Shown one piece after another: positions 28,502-36,952 of a stretch of DNA of 64,000 nt. This DNA is from Spirochaetales bacterium (GTDB lineage: Bacteria; Spirochaetota; Spirochaetia; CADAEX01), in the NCBI GenBank assembly GCA_024233785.1, contig JACKPD010000011.1:5002-69001 (forward strand), read 5' to 3'. The notes beneath the pieces were generated by a model. The model worked only from the letters and a program-made list of their open reading frames with translations, did no database searches and was not told the origin of the DNA. Position numbers and translations under genes: made by a program. How positions within the stretch are numbered: position 1 is the stretch's first letter; each line of letters begins with the position of its first letter.

Positions 28502-29017
28502 ATGAGAATCCCAAGAAAAATAAAAGAAAATGTTTTTTATCATGTAGTTGCTAGAGCAAACAGGAAAGAATTTATTTTTAATACCACTGAAATTAAAGAG
28601 ATGTTCATTCTGGTACTTAAAAAAGCTAAAAAAAAGTATTCATTTCAAATAAAAAACTTTTGTATAATGGATAATCATATACATTTATTGATTAAACCTG
28701 GGGAAAATATAAATTTATCTAAAATTATGCAGTGGATATTAAGTGTTTTTGCAATTAGATATAATAAAAAATATGGATATATCGGACATGTTTGGTATGA
28801 TAGATTTAAAAGTAGTATTATCGAAAACTTAAAAGAGTTCATAAATACTTATAAATATATTGCGAATAATCCTGTTGCTGCAAAAATTGTTAAAAAAGTC
28901 CAGAATTATTATTACTGTGGAATAAACTATAAAAAATTTGAATTTATTGATCCACCTGATAAATTAGAAGAGAAACTGTTAAAATATTTTTTTAATGATG
29001 TTTTTCGCGAATTATAA
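28502..29017 (+). CDS. Y1 (HUH) tyrosine transposase, RayT / IS200-like family
   Basis: FYHVVARANRKEFIF, the HUH motif MDNHIHLLI, GHVWYDRFKS and a catalytic-Tyr block YKYIANNP. This pattern matches COG1943-type REP-associated transposases. Confidence 0.8.
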   Translation: MRIPRKIKENVFYHVVARANRKEFIFNTTEIKEMFILVLKKAKKKYSFQIKNFCIMDNHIHLLIKPGENINLSKIMQWILSVFAIRYNKKYGYIGHVWYDRFKSSIIENLKEFINTYKYIANNPVAAKIVKKVQNYYYCGINYKKFEFIDPPDKLEEKLLKYFFNDVFREL

Positions 29018-30233
29018 ATCCTTTTTCTAATTTTTTATCAGTTACAAGATATGATATTTTTCCATGATCTGCTTTTAATACATTATCAAAATTTTCATTA
29101 TAAAGACTGTAATTAGTATCTATCATATAAAGAAGATCCGGTCCGATATATTCTATTTCTTTATTTACAGAAATTTGGTTTTTTACATCAAGAAGATAAC
29201 AATATTTATTGTGGAAAGATGTGTTTTTTATCAATTCACTAATACTTCCAAGAAAATTATATTCTGTCATATAAGATTTATAAGTAGATTCTTCAATTTC
29301 TTCTTTTGAATAGTAAAAACCAGTTGAAAATTCTCTGTGGCTGACTTTATAAATTTCATTTACATATTGATCTAAATTATTATCAATAAAATTATTCCTC
29401 CGTCCCTTAAATTCATTAGCAGCTGATATAGAATCAATCATTTTTCTGTAGGCACGGGTAACTACTGCTGTATAATATATTGATTTCATCCTGCCTTCAA
29501 TTTTAAGGGAATCAATGCCGGCATTTTGAAGATCTTTTATATGATCTATCATGCAAATGTCTTTAGAAGAGAGGATAGATGTGAAATTTTCACCTTCAAT
29601 TAATGGGAAGTACTCTCCCTGTCGTTCGGATTCTTCAAGAACCCTGTATTTCCATCGGCAGGAATGGGCGCAATCGCCTTTATTTGCAGAGCGGTCGGCA
29701 AGATATTTGCTTAAAAAACACCTTCCGGAATAAGCCAGACACATCGCTCCGTGAACAAAAACTTCAATTTCAAGATTATCAACATTTCTTTTTATATCTT
29801 CAATTTCCTTCAGAGATAATTCACGCCCGGGGATTATCCTTGAAAATCCCATATCTCTGTAAAGCTTTGCTGAATTTGTGTTAACACAATTTGCCTGTGT
29901 GCTCAAATGCAGTTCAGTATTGGGAAAATATTTTTTCATAACGGGAATGAGGCCGATATCACTAATTATAAAGGCATCAATAGGATAATTTGATATATAA
30001 TCAATTTCACTTTCAAGCTGTTTTATATCATAATCATGAAAATAGATATTAAGTGCCGCGTATAGTTTTTTATTCTTTTTTATATTCTTAATTTCAAGGT
30101 ATTCGTCTTTTCTGAAATTATCGGCTTTTGCTCTTAGCGAAAAGTTTTTAAGTCCTATATAAGCTGCATCAGCGCCATATTCATATGCATAAAATAATTT
30201 CTCTATACTGCCTGCAGGGGATAATAATTCCAT
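28992..30233 (-). CDS. peptidase U32-family protein
   Basis: MELLSPAGS...GADAAYIG start, a GAMCLAYSGRCFLS Cys block and DSLKIEGRMKS. Its 3' end overlaps the transposase 3' end by 26 nt. Confidence 0.85.
   Translation of the reverse strand: MELLSPAGSIEKLFYAYEYGADAAYIGLKNFSLRAKADNFRKDEYLEIKNIKKNKKLYAALNIYFHDYDIKQLESEIDYISNYPIDAFIISDIGLIPVMKKYFPNTELHLSTQANCVNTNSAKLYRDMGFSRIIPGRELSLKEIEDIKRNVDNLEIEVFVHGAMCLAYSGRCFLSKYLADRSANKGDCAHSCRWKYRVLEESERQGEYFPLIEGENFTSILSSKDICMIDHIKDLQNAGIDSLKIEGRMKSIYYTAVVTRAYRKMIDSISAANEFKGRRNNFIDNNLDQYVNEIYKVSHREFSTGFYYSKEEIEESTYKSYMTEYNFLGSISELIKNTSFHNKYCYLLDVKNQISVNKEIEYIGPDLLYMIDTNYSLYNENFDNVLKADHGKISYLVTDKKLEKGFIIREKHH
29397..29406 (-). repeat. GGGACGGAGG word, copy 8
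   Basis: Exact 10-mer on the minus strand, in sense orientation in the U32 gene, read as GRR. Confidence 0.9.
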
Positions 30234-30280
30234 AATTTAAGAAAGATAGATATTTAAAAGATTATTGTCAATAAATATTA

Positions 30281-30314
30281 ATTCATTAAATTAGACGAAT
30301 CTACTTTAATGAAT
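30281..30314. promoter_or_regulatory. 10-bp perfect inverted repeat ATTCATTAAA-N14-TTTAATGAAT in the divergent U32 / YeeE promoter region
   Basis: Read directly. Flanking TATTGTCAAT / ATTGACCAAT extend it imperfectly. Confidence 0.3.
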
Positions 30315-30431
30315 ATTGACCAATATATGTATTTTCATGTATTTTATTTATATAACATTGTTGATTTTATATATTAATATACAAACATATAACGTAAATG
30401 ATATAAATCTTTTTAAAAGGAGATCCACAAA

Positions 30432-31166
30432 GTGGGAGATGAAAAAAACACAACTAATACTTCTGTGTCTGGTACTACAGCTTCTGGCAGTATATCAGGT
30501 ATAAGAAGAAGCAGCAGGACTGCTTCGAGAAAACCGAAAAAAGATCAAATATTGCCAGGTCTTGGAATTCTTGTGCTTATCGTAATATCGGGTTTTGCAT
30601 TAAGTTTTATCTCAAAAACACTGGCATTTTTCTGGATCACAGGTAATGTTTTCGGGTTTGTTCTCCAGAAAACAAGATTCTGTTTTACAGCCTCAATGCG
30701 GGATCCTTACTTAACCGGAGGTACAAATCTCACCAAATCCGTTCTTGCCGCTCTGGCAATTACTACATTGGGATTTACTGCGATAAAGTATGGTGCCTTT
30801 ATTAATGGAATGCCGATCCCGGGACAGGGTTTTGTGGTTCCTGTAAGTCTTGCAACTGTGCTGGGCGGATTGATTTTCGGAATAGGAATGGTTATTGCCG
30901 GCGGGTGTGCGTCAGGTACACTGATGAGAGTTGGTGAAGGCTTCGCAATGCAGATACTCTCTCTGGTGTTTTTTGTTGCAGGGTCACTTTGGGCTGCCCA
31001 TGATTACGGATGGTGGCAGCTTAATGTAATTATGAAGGGGAAAGCCGTATTCCTTCCCGATGTATTCGGATGGTTTGGGGCTGTAACAATACAGTTATTA
31101 ATTATCGCTTTTCTATGGATTGCAGCTGATAAATGGGGCAAAAGAAAAGCTGAACAAAGTCATTAA
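30432..31166 (+). CDS. YeeE/YedE-family sulfur-compound transporter, N-terminal-half type
   Basis: GTG start with an AGGAG RBS. The RFCFTA and GGCASGTL blocks (conserved Cys motifs of YeeE/YedE) follow a Ser/Thr/Arg-rich cytoplasmic tail. Confidence 0.75.
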   Translation: MGDEKNTTNTSVSGTTASGSISGIRRSSRTASRKPKKDQILPGLGILVLIVISGFALSFISKTLAFFWITGNVFGFVLQKTRFCFTASMRDPYLTGGTNLTKSVLAALAITTLGFTAIKYGAFINGMPIPGQGFVVPVSLATVLGGLIFGIGMVIAGGCASGTLMRVGEGFAMQILSLVFFVAGSLWAAHDYGWWQLNVIMKGKAVFLPDVFGWFGAVTIQLLIIAFLWIAADKWGKRKAEQSH

Positions 31167-31183
31167 AATTAAGGAGCATTAAA

Positions 31184-31411
31184 ATGAAAGAAGTAGAACT
31201 TGATTGTCTGGGCGAAGCATGTCCGGTACCTCTCGTAAAAGCACAGAAAAAATTGGCAGAACTTGAAATCGGCGATATCCTGATAGTTCAGATAGATCAC
31301 AGCTGTGCAATGAAAAATCTCCCTGAATGGGCAAGAACTGATGGCCACAATGTTGAAGTTGAGGAAGTCGGTGACGGCGAATGGGACGTTATAATCGAAA
31401 AAGTAAAATAA
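31184..31411 (+). CDS. TusA/SirA/YeeD-like sulfur carrier protein
   Basis: The protein is 75 aa with LDCLGEACPVPLVKAQKKL (CPxP motif). Confidence 0.8.
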   Translation: MKEVELDCLGEACPVPLVKAQKKLAELEIGDILIVQIDHSCAMKNLPEWARTDGHNVEVEEVGDGEWDVIIEKVK

Positions 31412-31426
31412 CCCCTGGAGGGATCA

Positions 31427-31972
31427 ATGAAGCTGACTGATAAAATTAAAACCAATGATTACTACATACTGTGGTTAAAAGATGCCTGGCCGTATTTAAC
31501 CGGAGCCATATTACTGTCAGTTTTCCAGATTGTGACTTTTGCTGTGACAGGAAACCCTTGGGGTGTATCTGCTGCATTTGCCAACTGGGGAGCCTGGATA
31601 TATGAATTTGCAGGCGGTTCGGTAGATAAATGGTATTATTTTGCCAGTGAAGGTGCTAAAAATACTCTGGAACGGGGTTTTCTCAATGATTTTGCGTCAA
31701 TGAGGAATGTAGGCATTATTACCGGGGCTCTTTTCGCGACGCTGATAGCATCCGGTTTCAAATTTAAAAAATTCAAATCCTCAAGGCAGGTTCTTGCTGC
31801 AATACTTGGCGGTTTATTAATGGGTTACGGGGCAAGAATTGCACAGGGATGCAATATAGGAGCTTTTTACAGCGGTATATCATCTTTGTCTCTTTCCGGC
31901 TGGGTATTTGGTCTTTTCCTTTTTATAGGAGCCATGATCGGCAGCAAATTGCTTGTTAAATATTTTATGTAA
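31427..31972 (+). CDS. YeeE/YedE-family transporter, second half
   Basis: Four to five TM helices and the GARIAQGCNIGAF block typical of YeeE/YedE. Confidence 0.75.
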   Translation: MKLTDKIKTNDYYILWLKDAWPYLTGAILLSVFQIVTFAVTGNPWGVSAAFANWGAWIYEFAGGSVDKWYYFASEGAKNTLERGFLNDFASMRNVGIITGALFATLIASGFKFKKFKSSRQVLAAILGGLLMGYGARIAQGCNIGAFYSGISSLSLSGWVFGLFLFIGAMIGSKLLVKYFM

Positions 31973-31992
31973 TTAAAAATTAAGGAAAAGTA

Positions 31993-33228
31993 ATGAGAGA
32001 AAAAACAAGAGAACGATACGATGTCGTCATTATAGGCGGTGGGGCTTCAGGATTAACGGCAGCGATATACTGCGGCAGAGCAAGACTAAATACACTTGTA
32101 ATAGAAAAAGCGCTCATAGGCGGGCTTGCTACTTATACAAATGAAATCGGGAATTTCCCCGGTTTTCCTGATTCATTAACCGGGCTTGAACTGATGAACA
32201 AGTTTCATCAGCAGGCTAAGAACTTCGGCGTTAATTTCAAGCTGACAGATGTTAAATCCGTCAGAATGGAAAATGAAATCAAGGAAGTTGAAACTTTCAG
32301 AAATATTTTTGAATGTAAAGTCGTAATAATAGCATCCGGAGGAAGACCAAGAACAACCGGAGCTGTAAACGAAGAGAAATTTCTTTTTGATAAAGGTATT
32401 TCATTTTGCGCCACATGTGACGCTGCGGCAAATACAGATAAAACTGTAATGGTCATCGGAAGCGGTGATGCTGCTATTGAAGAAGGGATGTTTCTTACAA
32501 AATTCGCAAAAAAGGTAATTGTTTCAGTAATTCATGATACTGGCAAAATGGACTGTAATGAGATTGCAAAAGCACAGGCACTTGCTAACCCTAAAATGGA
32601 ATTCAAATGGAATACAGTTGTTAATTCCTTTGAAGGAGAGGAGAGACTTGAGAAAGTAATACTAAAAAATCTTAAGACAGGTGCTCTTGATACAGTAATT
32701 GCTGATACATGTTTTGAATTTATTGGTTATCTCCCTAATTCGGAGATTTTCAAGGATCAGTTGAAACTAACTAAACAGGGCTATATAACAACAGATGAAA
32801 AAATGCGGACTGATATTCCCGGTGTATTTGCCTGCGGTGATATAAGGGAAAAAGAACTTAAACAGGTCGCTACTGCTGTAGGTGACGGTTCAATTGCCGG
32901 TGTTGGTGCTGAAAAATATATAGCGGAATCTGAAATGTTCAGAAATCAGATTATGCAGAAAGAAAAAATTGGTATGATTTATATCTATTCAGCTATTGAT
33001 GCTCCCAGCAGGGAACTTATGCCAATGCTTCAGGAAATTGAAAAAGAATTCGAAGATAAGGTTAAACTAAATTTTATTGATATTTATAAAGGCAGATCAC
33101 TTTGCGACAGACTTGACTGTACAGCATCGCCAATGACTATTTTTTATACAAAAGATGGTGTAGTAATTGACGGTTCTATGGATTGCTCAAAACCTGCGAT
33201 TGTTGAAAAACTCAAGAGTCTGATATAA
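31993..33228 (+). CDS. thioredoxin-disulfide-reductase-like flavoprotein fused to a CxxC-less thioredoxin-fold domain
   Basis: YDVVIIGGGASGLTAA (FAD), CATCDA (redox Cys pair) and GSGDAA (NADPH). The C-terminal ~100 aa has a thioredoxin pattern, with DAPS where CGPC is expected. Confidence 0.85.
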   Translation: MREKTRERYDVVIIGGGASGLTAAIYCGRARLNTLVIEKALIGGLATYTNEIGNFPGFPDSLTGLELMNKFHQQAKNFGVNFKLTDVKSVRMENEIKEVETFRNIFECKVVIIASGGRPRTTGAVNEEKFLFDKGISFCATCDAAANTDKTVMVIGSGDAAIEEGMFLTKFAKKVIVSVIHDTGKMDCNEIAKAQALANPKMEFKWNTVVNSFEGEERLEKVILKNLKTGALDTVIADTCFEFIGYLPNSEIFKDQLKLTKQGYITTDEKMRTDIPGVFACGDIREKELKQVATAVGDGSIAGVGAEKYIAESEMFRNQIMQKEKIGMIYIYSAIDAPSRELMPMLQEIEKEFEDKVKLNFIDIYKGRSLCDRLDCTASPMTIFYTKDGVVIDGSMDCSKPAIVEKLKSLI

Positions 33229-33237
33229 GGAGGTATT

Positions 33238-34146
33238 GTGAAACTAAAATACGGAATATTTTTTTCAGTTTTACTGCTAACTGTGCTGCTTTTCTCCTGC
33301 GGACAGAAAGCCCCTGGTGAAATAAATACAGAAATAATCACTGCGAAGGAAGCTTTAAGCCTGATCAGTGATAGTAAAACAGTTCTTGTTGATGCCAGAA
33401 ATTTCCCTGACTACAGTAATGGACATATTGAGGGTGCTGTAAACATTTCAAGAGCAGACATAGTAGTTAATACACCCTATATCAATATGCTGGCTCCAGC
33501 TGTTCAGATCGAAGAACTGATGGGCAGAAAGGGTATCGATAATTCCATGCTGATTGTTGTATATGATAATAACGACAATATGGATTCTGCCAGATTATGG
33601 TGGACATTGAAGTATTATGGAAATGATAATGTAAAGGTTGTCAGCGGCGGTCTTAACGCCCTGCTGTCAGTTGGTGCAAAAGTATCAGATCAGGCTGCCT
33701 CAAGAGAAGCTAAGACATATGGTATTACAGAAGAAAGAAAGAATATGATTGCAGTCAGGGATGATTTGCGGGAGCTTGTCGATAATCCGCGTTCGGAAGC
33801 TGTAATTATTGATACAAGGTCACAGAAAGAATATGAAGAAGGTACAATACCAGGATCAATTCTTTTAGACTATAAGGATAATAATTTCAGTGACGGCACT
33901 TATAAGACGGTGCAGCAGATAAGGATAAGATATCTTCAGGAGAAGATTGACTATGATAAGGAGATTTATATGTACTGTAAAACTTCGATAAGAGGTGCTC
34001 AGACATATCTTGCTCTTTATAACGCAGGTTACAGAAACCTGAAATTATATGACGGAGCATGGGTTGAGTGGATTGCAAACCCCATGAATCCAGTGTTTAA
34101 ACCGGAAAAACCGGTTTATATGATTAATTCATCAGATAATTCATAA
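33238..34146 (+). CDS. tandem-rhodanese sulfurtransferase lipoprotein (SseA/TST-like)
   Basis: GTG start after AAGGAGG, lipobox LLFSCGQ, two rhodanese domains, and the active-site loop MYCKTSIRGA in the second. Confidence 0.8.
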   Translation: MKLKYGIFFSVLLLTVLLFSCGQKAPGEINTEIITAKEALSLISDSKTVLVDARNFPDYSNGHIEGAVNISRADIVVNTPYINMLAPAVQIEELMGRKGIDNSMLIVVYDNNDNMDSARLWWTLKYYGNDNVKVVSGGLNALLSVGAKVSDQAASREAKTYGITEERKNMIAVRDDLRELVDNPRSEAVIIDTRSQKEYEEGTIPGSILLDYKDNNFSDGTYKTVQQIRIRYLQEKIDYDKEIYMYCKTSIRGAQTYLALYNAGYRNLKLYDGAWVEWIANPMNPVFKPEKPVYMINSSDNS

Positions 34147-34177
34147 AAAAATTATAATAATAAGAAGAGGTATTTTA

Positions 34178-35125
34178 ATGAAAAAATTTTTATTTTTAAA
34201 GATCGCGCTTATAATGCTGCTAAGTACTACAGCATCTACTGTTTGGGCTACAGGAGCTAAAGAAGCACCTGCCGCATCCCCTGCTGCAGAAATGAAAGTA
34301 AATTATGCTGCAGAAGCGGTAAAAAATTATTATGCAGATCTGGCTGCACATACAAACTATCAGATCAAGGAAGCTGACTTTGTTGAAAAAGTAAAAGCTG
34401 GTGAACAGATGTTTGTAATTGATGCAAGATCAGCGGCGGATTATGCGAAAGGCCATGTAAAAGGGGCAGTTAGTGTACCATGGGGTATGCCTGTTGCTGA
34501 AAAACTTGCATATCTTCCCCATGAAGGGAATGTATACATCTACTGCTATTCAGGTCAGACAGCTGCTCAGGCAGGTATGCTGATGAACGCGGCTGGTGTT
34601 CCTGTGAAATCTGTGGCTTTCGGCTGGAACTTCGGAATTTCAAAAGTTCCCGGCTATGAGGCTATTACAACAACTGAAGCAACTGAGCTTAATATGTCAA
34701 AAAAATATGATGTGAATCCTGTTATAGCAAAAAAAGTTACTGAATATTTTGAGAGATTCGCATCGATCAAGGACACACCTTTTGCCAGCAATATTATCAG
34801 CGAAGCAAATGCTAAAGCTATTTTTGATGCTAAAGATAAATCAGCTGTTTTTGTATCAATCAGAAGAGCTGAAGATTATGCGAAAGGGCACATTGAAGGT
34901 GCGATTAATATACCGTTTGCATCAGGTATGGATTCTTCTTTTCAGTCCCTGCCTTCAGATAAAAAAATTATAATCTACTGTTATTCAGGCCAGACTGCGG
35001 GGCAGACTGTAGCAGCTTTAAGGCTTCTCGGTTATGACGCTGTATCCCTGAAAGGCGGAATGGGTGTTCCCAAGAATGCCCCAATGGGATGGACAAACCA
35101 GGGTTATCCTGTAGTTGCCCAGTAA
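34178..35125 (+). CDS. secreted double-rhodanese protein with two catalytic Cys loops
   Basis: A signal peptide, then IYCYSGQTAAQ and IYCYSGQTAGQ, each preceded by YAKGH(V/I)xGA. Confidence 0.8.
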   Translation: MKKFLFLKIALIMLLSTTASTVWATGAKEAPAASPAAEMKVNYAAEAVKNYYADLAAHTNYQIKEADFVEKVKAGEQMFVIDARSAADYAKGHVKGAVSVPWGMPVAEKLAYLPHEGNVYIYCYSGQTAAQAGMLMNAAGVPVKSVAFGWNFGISKVPGYEAITTTEATELNMSKKYDVNPVIAKKVTEYFERFASIKDTPFASNIISEANAKAIFDAKDKSAVFVSIRRAEDYAKGHIEGAINIPFASGMDSSFQSLPSDKKIIIYCYSGQTAGQTVAALRLLGYDAVSLKGGMGVPKNAPMGWTNQGYPVVAQ

Positions 35126-35177
35126 TAAGTAATTTGTTTTAAGATGACAATAGCTTCCTGCTATTGAAAATTAATAG

Positions 35178-35216
35178 AGCTGCCGTAAATGAATATTCAG
35201 AACGGCAGCTTTTTTA
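35178..35216 (+). terminator. rho-independent terminator after the rhodanese genes
   Basis: A perfect 9-bp stem AGCTGCCGT/ACGGCAGCT is followed by T6. A smaller hairpin (CAATAGC/GCTATTG) precedes it. Confidence 0.7.
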
Positions 35217-35255
35217 TGTAAACTTTTCTCAACTGCTGATAAAATATTTTAAATT

Positions 35256-36914
35256 ATGAATCAATCAAAAAGTAAACTGATATTTTTTTTATTGGGACTT
35301 TATTTTTTTCTCAATCTCTTTTTTCTTGATTCATATCCTTTTGTACATTCAGATGAAGCATGGCTGGCTTCCCTTACACGTTCAATAATAACTGAAAAAA
35401 ATCCTGCTGCTACGGAAGAGTTTTTCAGGTCAACAGATAGATTTCCGCATGCGGTAAAGCTGCTGTTTCATATATTTCAGGCACCATTTCTAATGATGGA
35501 TTTTTCAATTAATACAGCTAGGTTGTTTTCGATTATAGCATCAGTCTGCGTCCTCTATTTTCTTAATTTATTAATAAAACAATATATCAGTTCCAGTTTT
35601 ATCAGAATATTTACTCTACTTTTAATACTTACTGATATTCAGTATATCTACATATCCCGTTTTGCCAGACAGGAAATAATTATTTATCTTTTTGCGGTGA
35701 TACAGCTTGTTATTATTTCAAGTATCAATAAAGATAATTTTAGGAGAGTTATTTTATCGTCATCGTTTTTATCCGGTATTTCCATCTTTATACATCCGAA
35801 CAGTTTTATTATTTTTACAGGAGTAATTCCTTATTTTGCTGTTACTCTTTTATATAAAAAGCATAAAATCTCCAAAATATTGAGAAATATCGCAATATTT
35901 ATTTTTATCACTATAATCTTTGGTGCAATAGCTCTATCTGTAAGCTTAATCATGGATAAGGATTTTTTTAATCACTATTATAATTTTGGATCAAGTCACG
36001 GTGTAGGGGATTCTTTATTTATTAAATTGCTTGTTTTTCCAAGATTTTTATACAAGATATATAATCAGGTCCAGGGAACGTATTATCTCCCTGATGTCAG
36101 AGTCCAATTTCATTTATTTGCAGCAGCCCTTATTATTGCTTTTTTTCTGTCTTTTTCAATAAAAAATTCAAAAAACCGTATTTTACCTCTAGTAATATTT
36201 TCTGCCGGTATTGCTGCAGGAATAATTATTATTGGAAAATACAGCCCTCCATCAATCTTTTTCCTCTTTCCAGTGTTATGGATTTTATTGGGGACGGAGG
36301 CAGACATCCTTTTTAATTTGAGAATGGGGAAGGTTGCACTCCCTGTTGAGATGAAAACAGGGACGGAGGATAATTTTAAAAACAAAGAAACAGCTAAAAC
36401 AAAAAATAATATTGTTTTTTTTCCATTCATTCTCTTAATATCTTTTTCATTTTTATTGTTTTACCAGATTACAAAGGCATATACAGAGGTAAATAGCTGG
36501 AAAGATATCAGCTATAATGAGTATTCCATGGAAATAGCAGATTATACAGGTAATAGCGGAAAAGTTCTTGCAAACACAAATCTGGCTTTTTCTTTAGATT
36601 ACGGGAGACTTTGTTCATACAGCGATCTTGATCAGGTAATAGCAAAAAAATTAAAATTCAGTGATTATATTGAATTAAACAAAATTGAATATATCATCTG
36701 GACAGAAGAACTGGATATTATAGCGAAGGAAAGACCAGTATGGAACGATCTTTATGGTAACATTTACAGTTATTATGATGATGCAGTCTCTTTTCTTGAT
36801 AACAAATGTACTCTTGTCAAAGATTTTAGAAATAAAATATATCCGGTCAGAATTGTTGATTACATGAAAAAAAGAGAATACCAGGTGAAAATTTATAAAG
36901 TCCATCCAGGCTGA
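35256..36914 (+). CDS. GT-C-fold membrane glycosyltransferase (GT39 / ArnT / PMT_2-like)
   Basis: At least 10 TM helices, an early periplasmic-loop acidic motif (PFVHSDEAWLASL) and a soluble C-terminal domain. Two copies of the 10-mer lie in a hydrophilic loop. Confidence 0.6.
   Translation: MNQSKSKLIFFLLGLYFFLNLFFLDSYPFVHSDEAWLASLTRSIITEKNPAATEEFFRSTDRFPHAVKLLFHIFQAPFLMMDFSINTARLFSIIASVCVLYFLNLLIKQYISSSFIRIFTLLLILTDIQYIYISRFARQEIIIYLFAVIQLVIISSINKDNFRRVILSSSFLSGISIFIHPNSFIIFTGVIPYFAVTLLYKKHKISKILRNIAIFIFITIIFGAIALSVSLIMDKDFFNHYYNFGSSHGVGDSLFIKLLVFPRFLYKIYNQVQGTYYLPDVRVQFHLFAAALIIAFFLSFSIKNSKNRILPLVIFSAGIAAGIIIIGKYSPPSIFFLFPVLWILLGTEADILFNLRMGKVALPVEMKTGTEDNFKNKETAKTKNNIVFFPFILLISFSFLLFYQITKAYTEVNSWKDISYNEYSMEIADYTGNSGKVLANTNLAFSLDYGRLCSYSDLDQVIAKKLKFSDYIELNKIEYIIWTEELDIIAKERPVWNDLYGNIYSYYDDAVSFLDNKCTLVKDFRNKIYPVRIVDYMKKREYQVKIYKVHPG
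36291..36300 (+). repeat. GGGACGGAGG word, copy 9
   Basis: Exact 10-mer in sense orientation in the GT-C gene, read as GTE. Confidence 0.9.
36360..36369 (+). repeat. GGGACGGAGG word, copy 10
   Basis: Exact 10-mer, 69 nt after copy 9 in the same frame, read as GTE. Confidence 0.9.
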
Positions 36915-36952
36915 ACTGTATCTGTAAAAAGATGGAAGGATTTATTAAGGAA

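Noticed and set aside
28346-29017. Calling this region a complete IS200/IS605 insertion sequence
   Set aside because: I can see only one transposase gene and left-side hairpins. There is no tnpB, no recognisable right-end hairpin and no second copy in the window. The 3' end also runs into the U32 gene. I therefore report it as a lone Y1 transposase gene rather than an intact mobile element.
30316-30504. 62-aa ORF upstream of, and overlapping, the YeeE-like gene
   Set aside because: It lies in the AT-rich promoter region, has low-complexity Ile/Tyr/Leu content and conflicts with the GTG start plus RBS of the YeeE-like gene. A leader peptide cannot be fully excluded, but I see nothing to support one.
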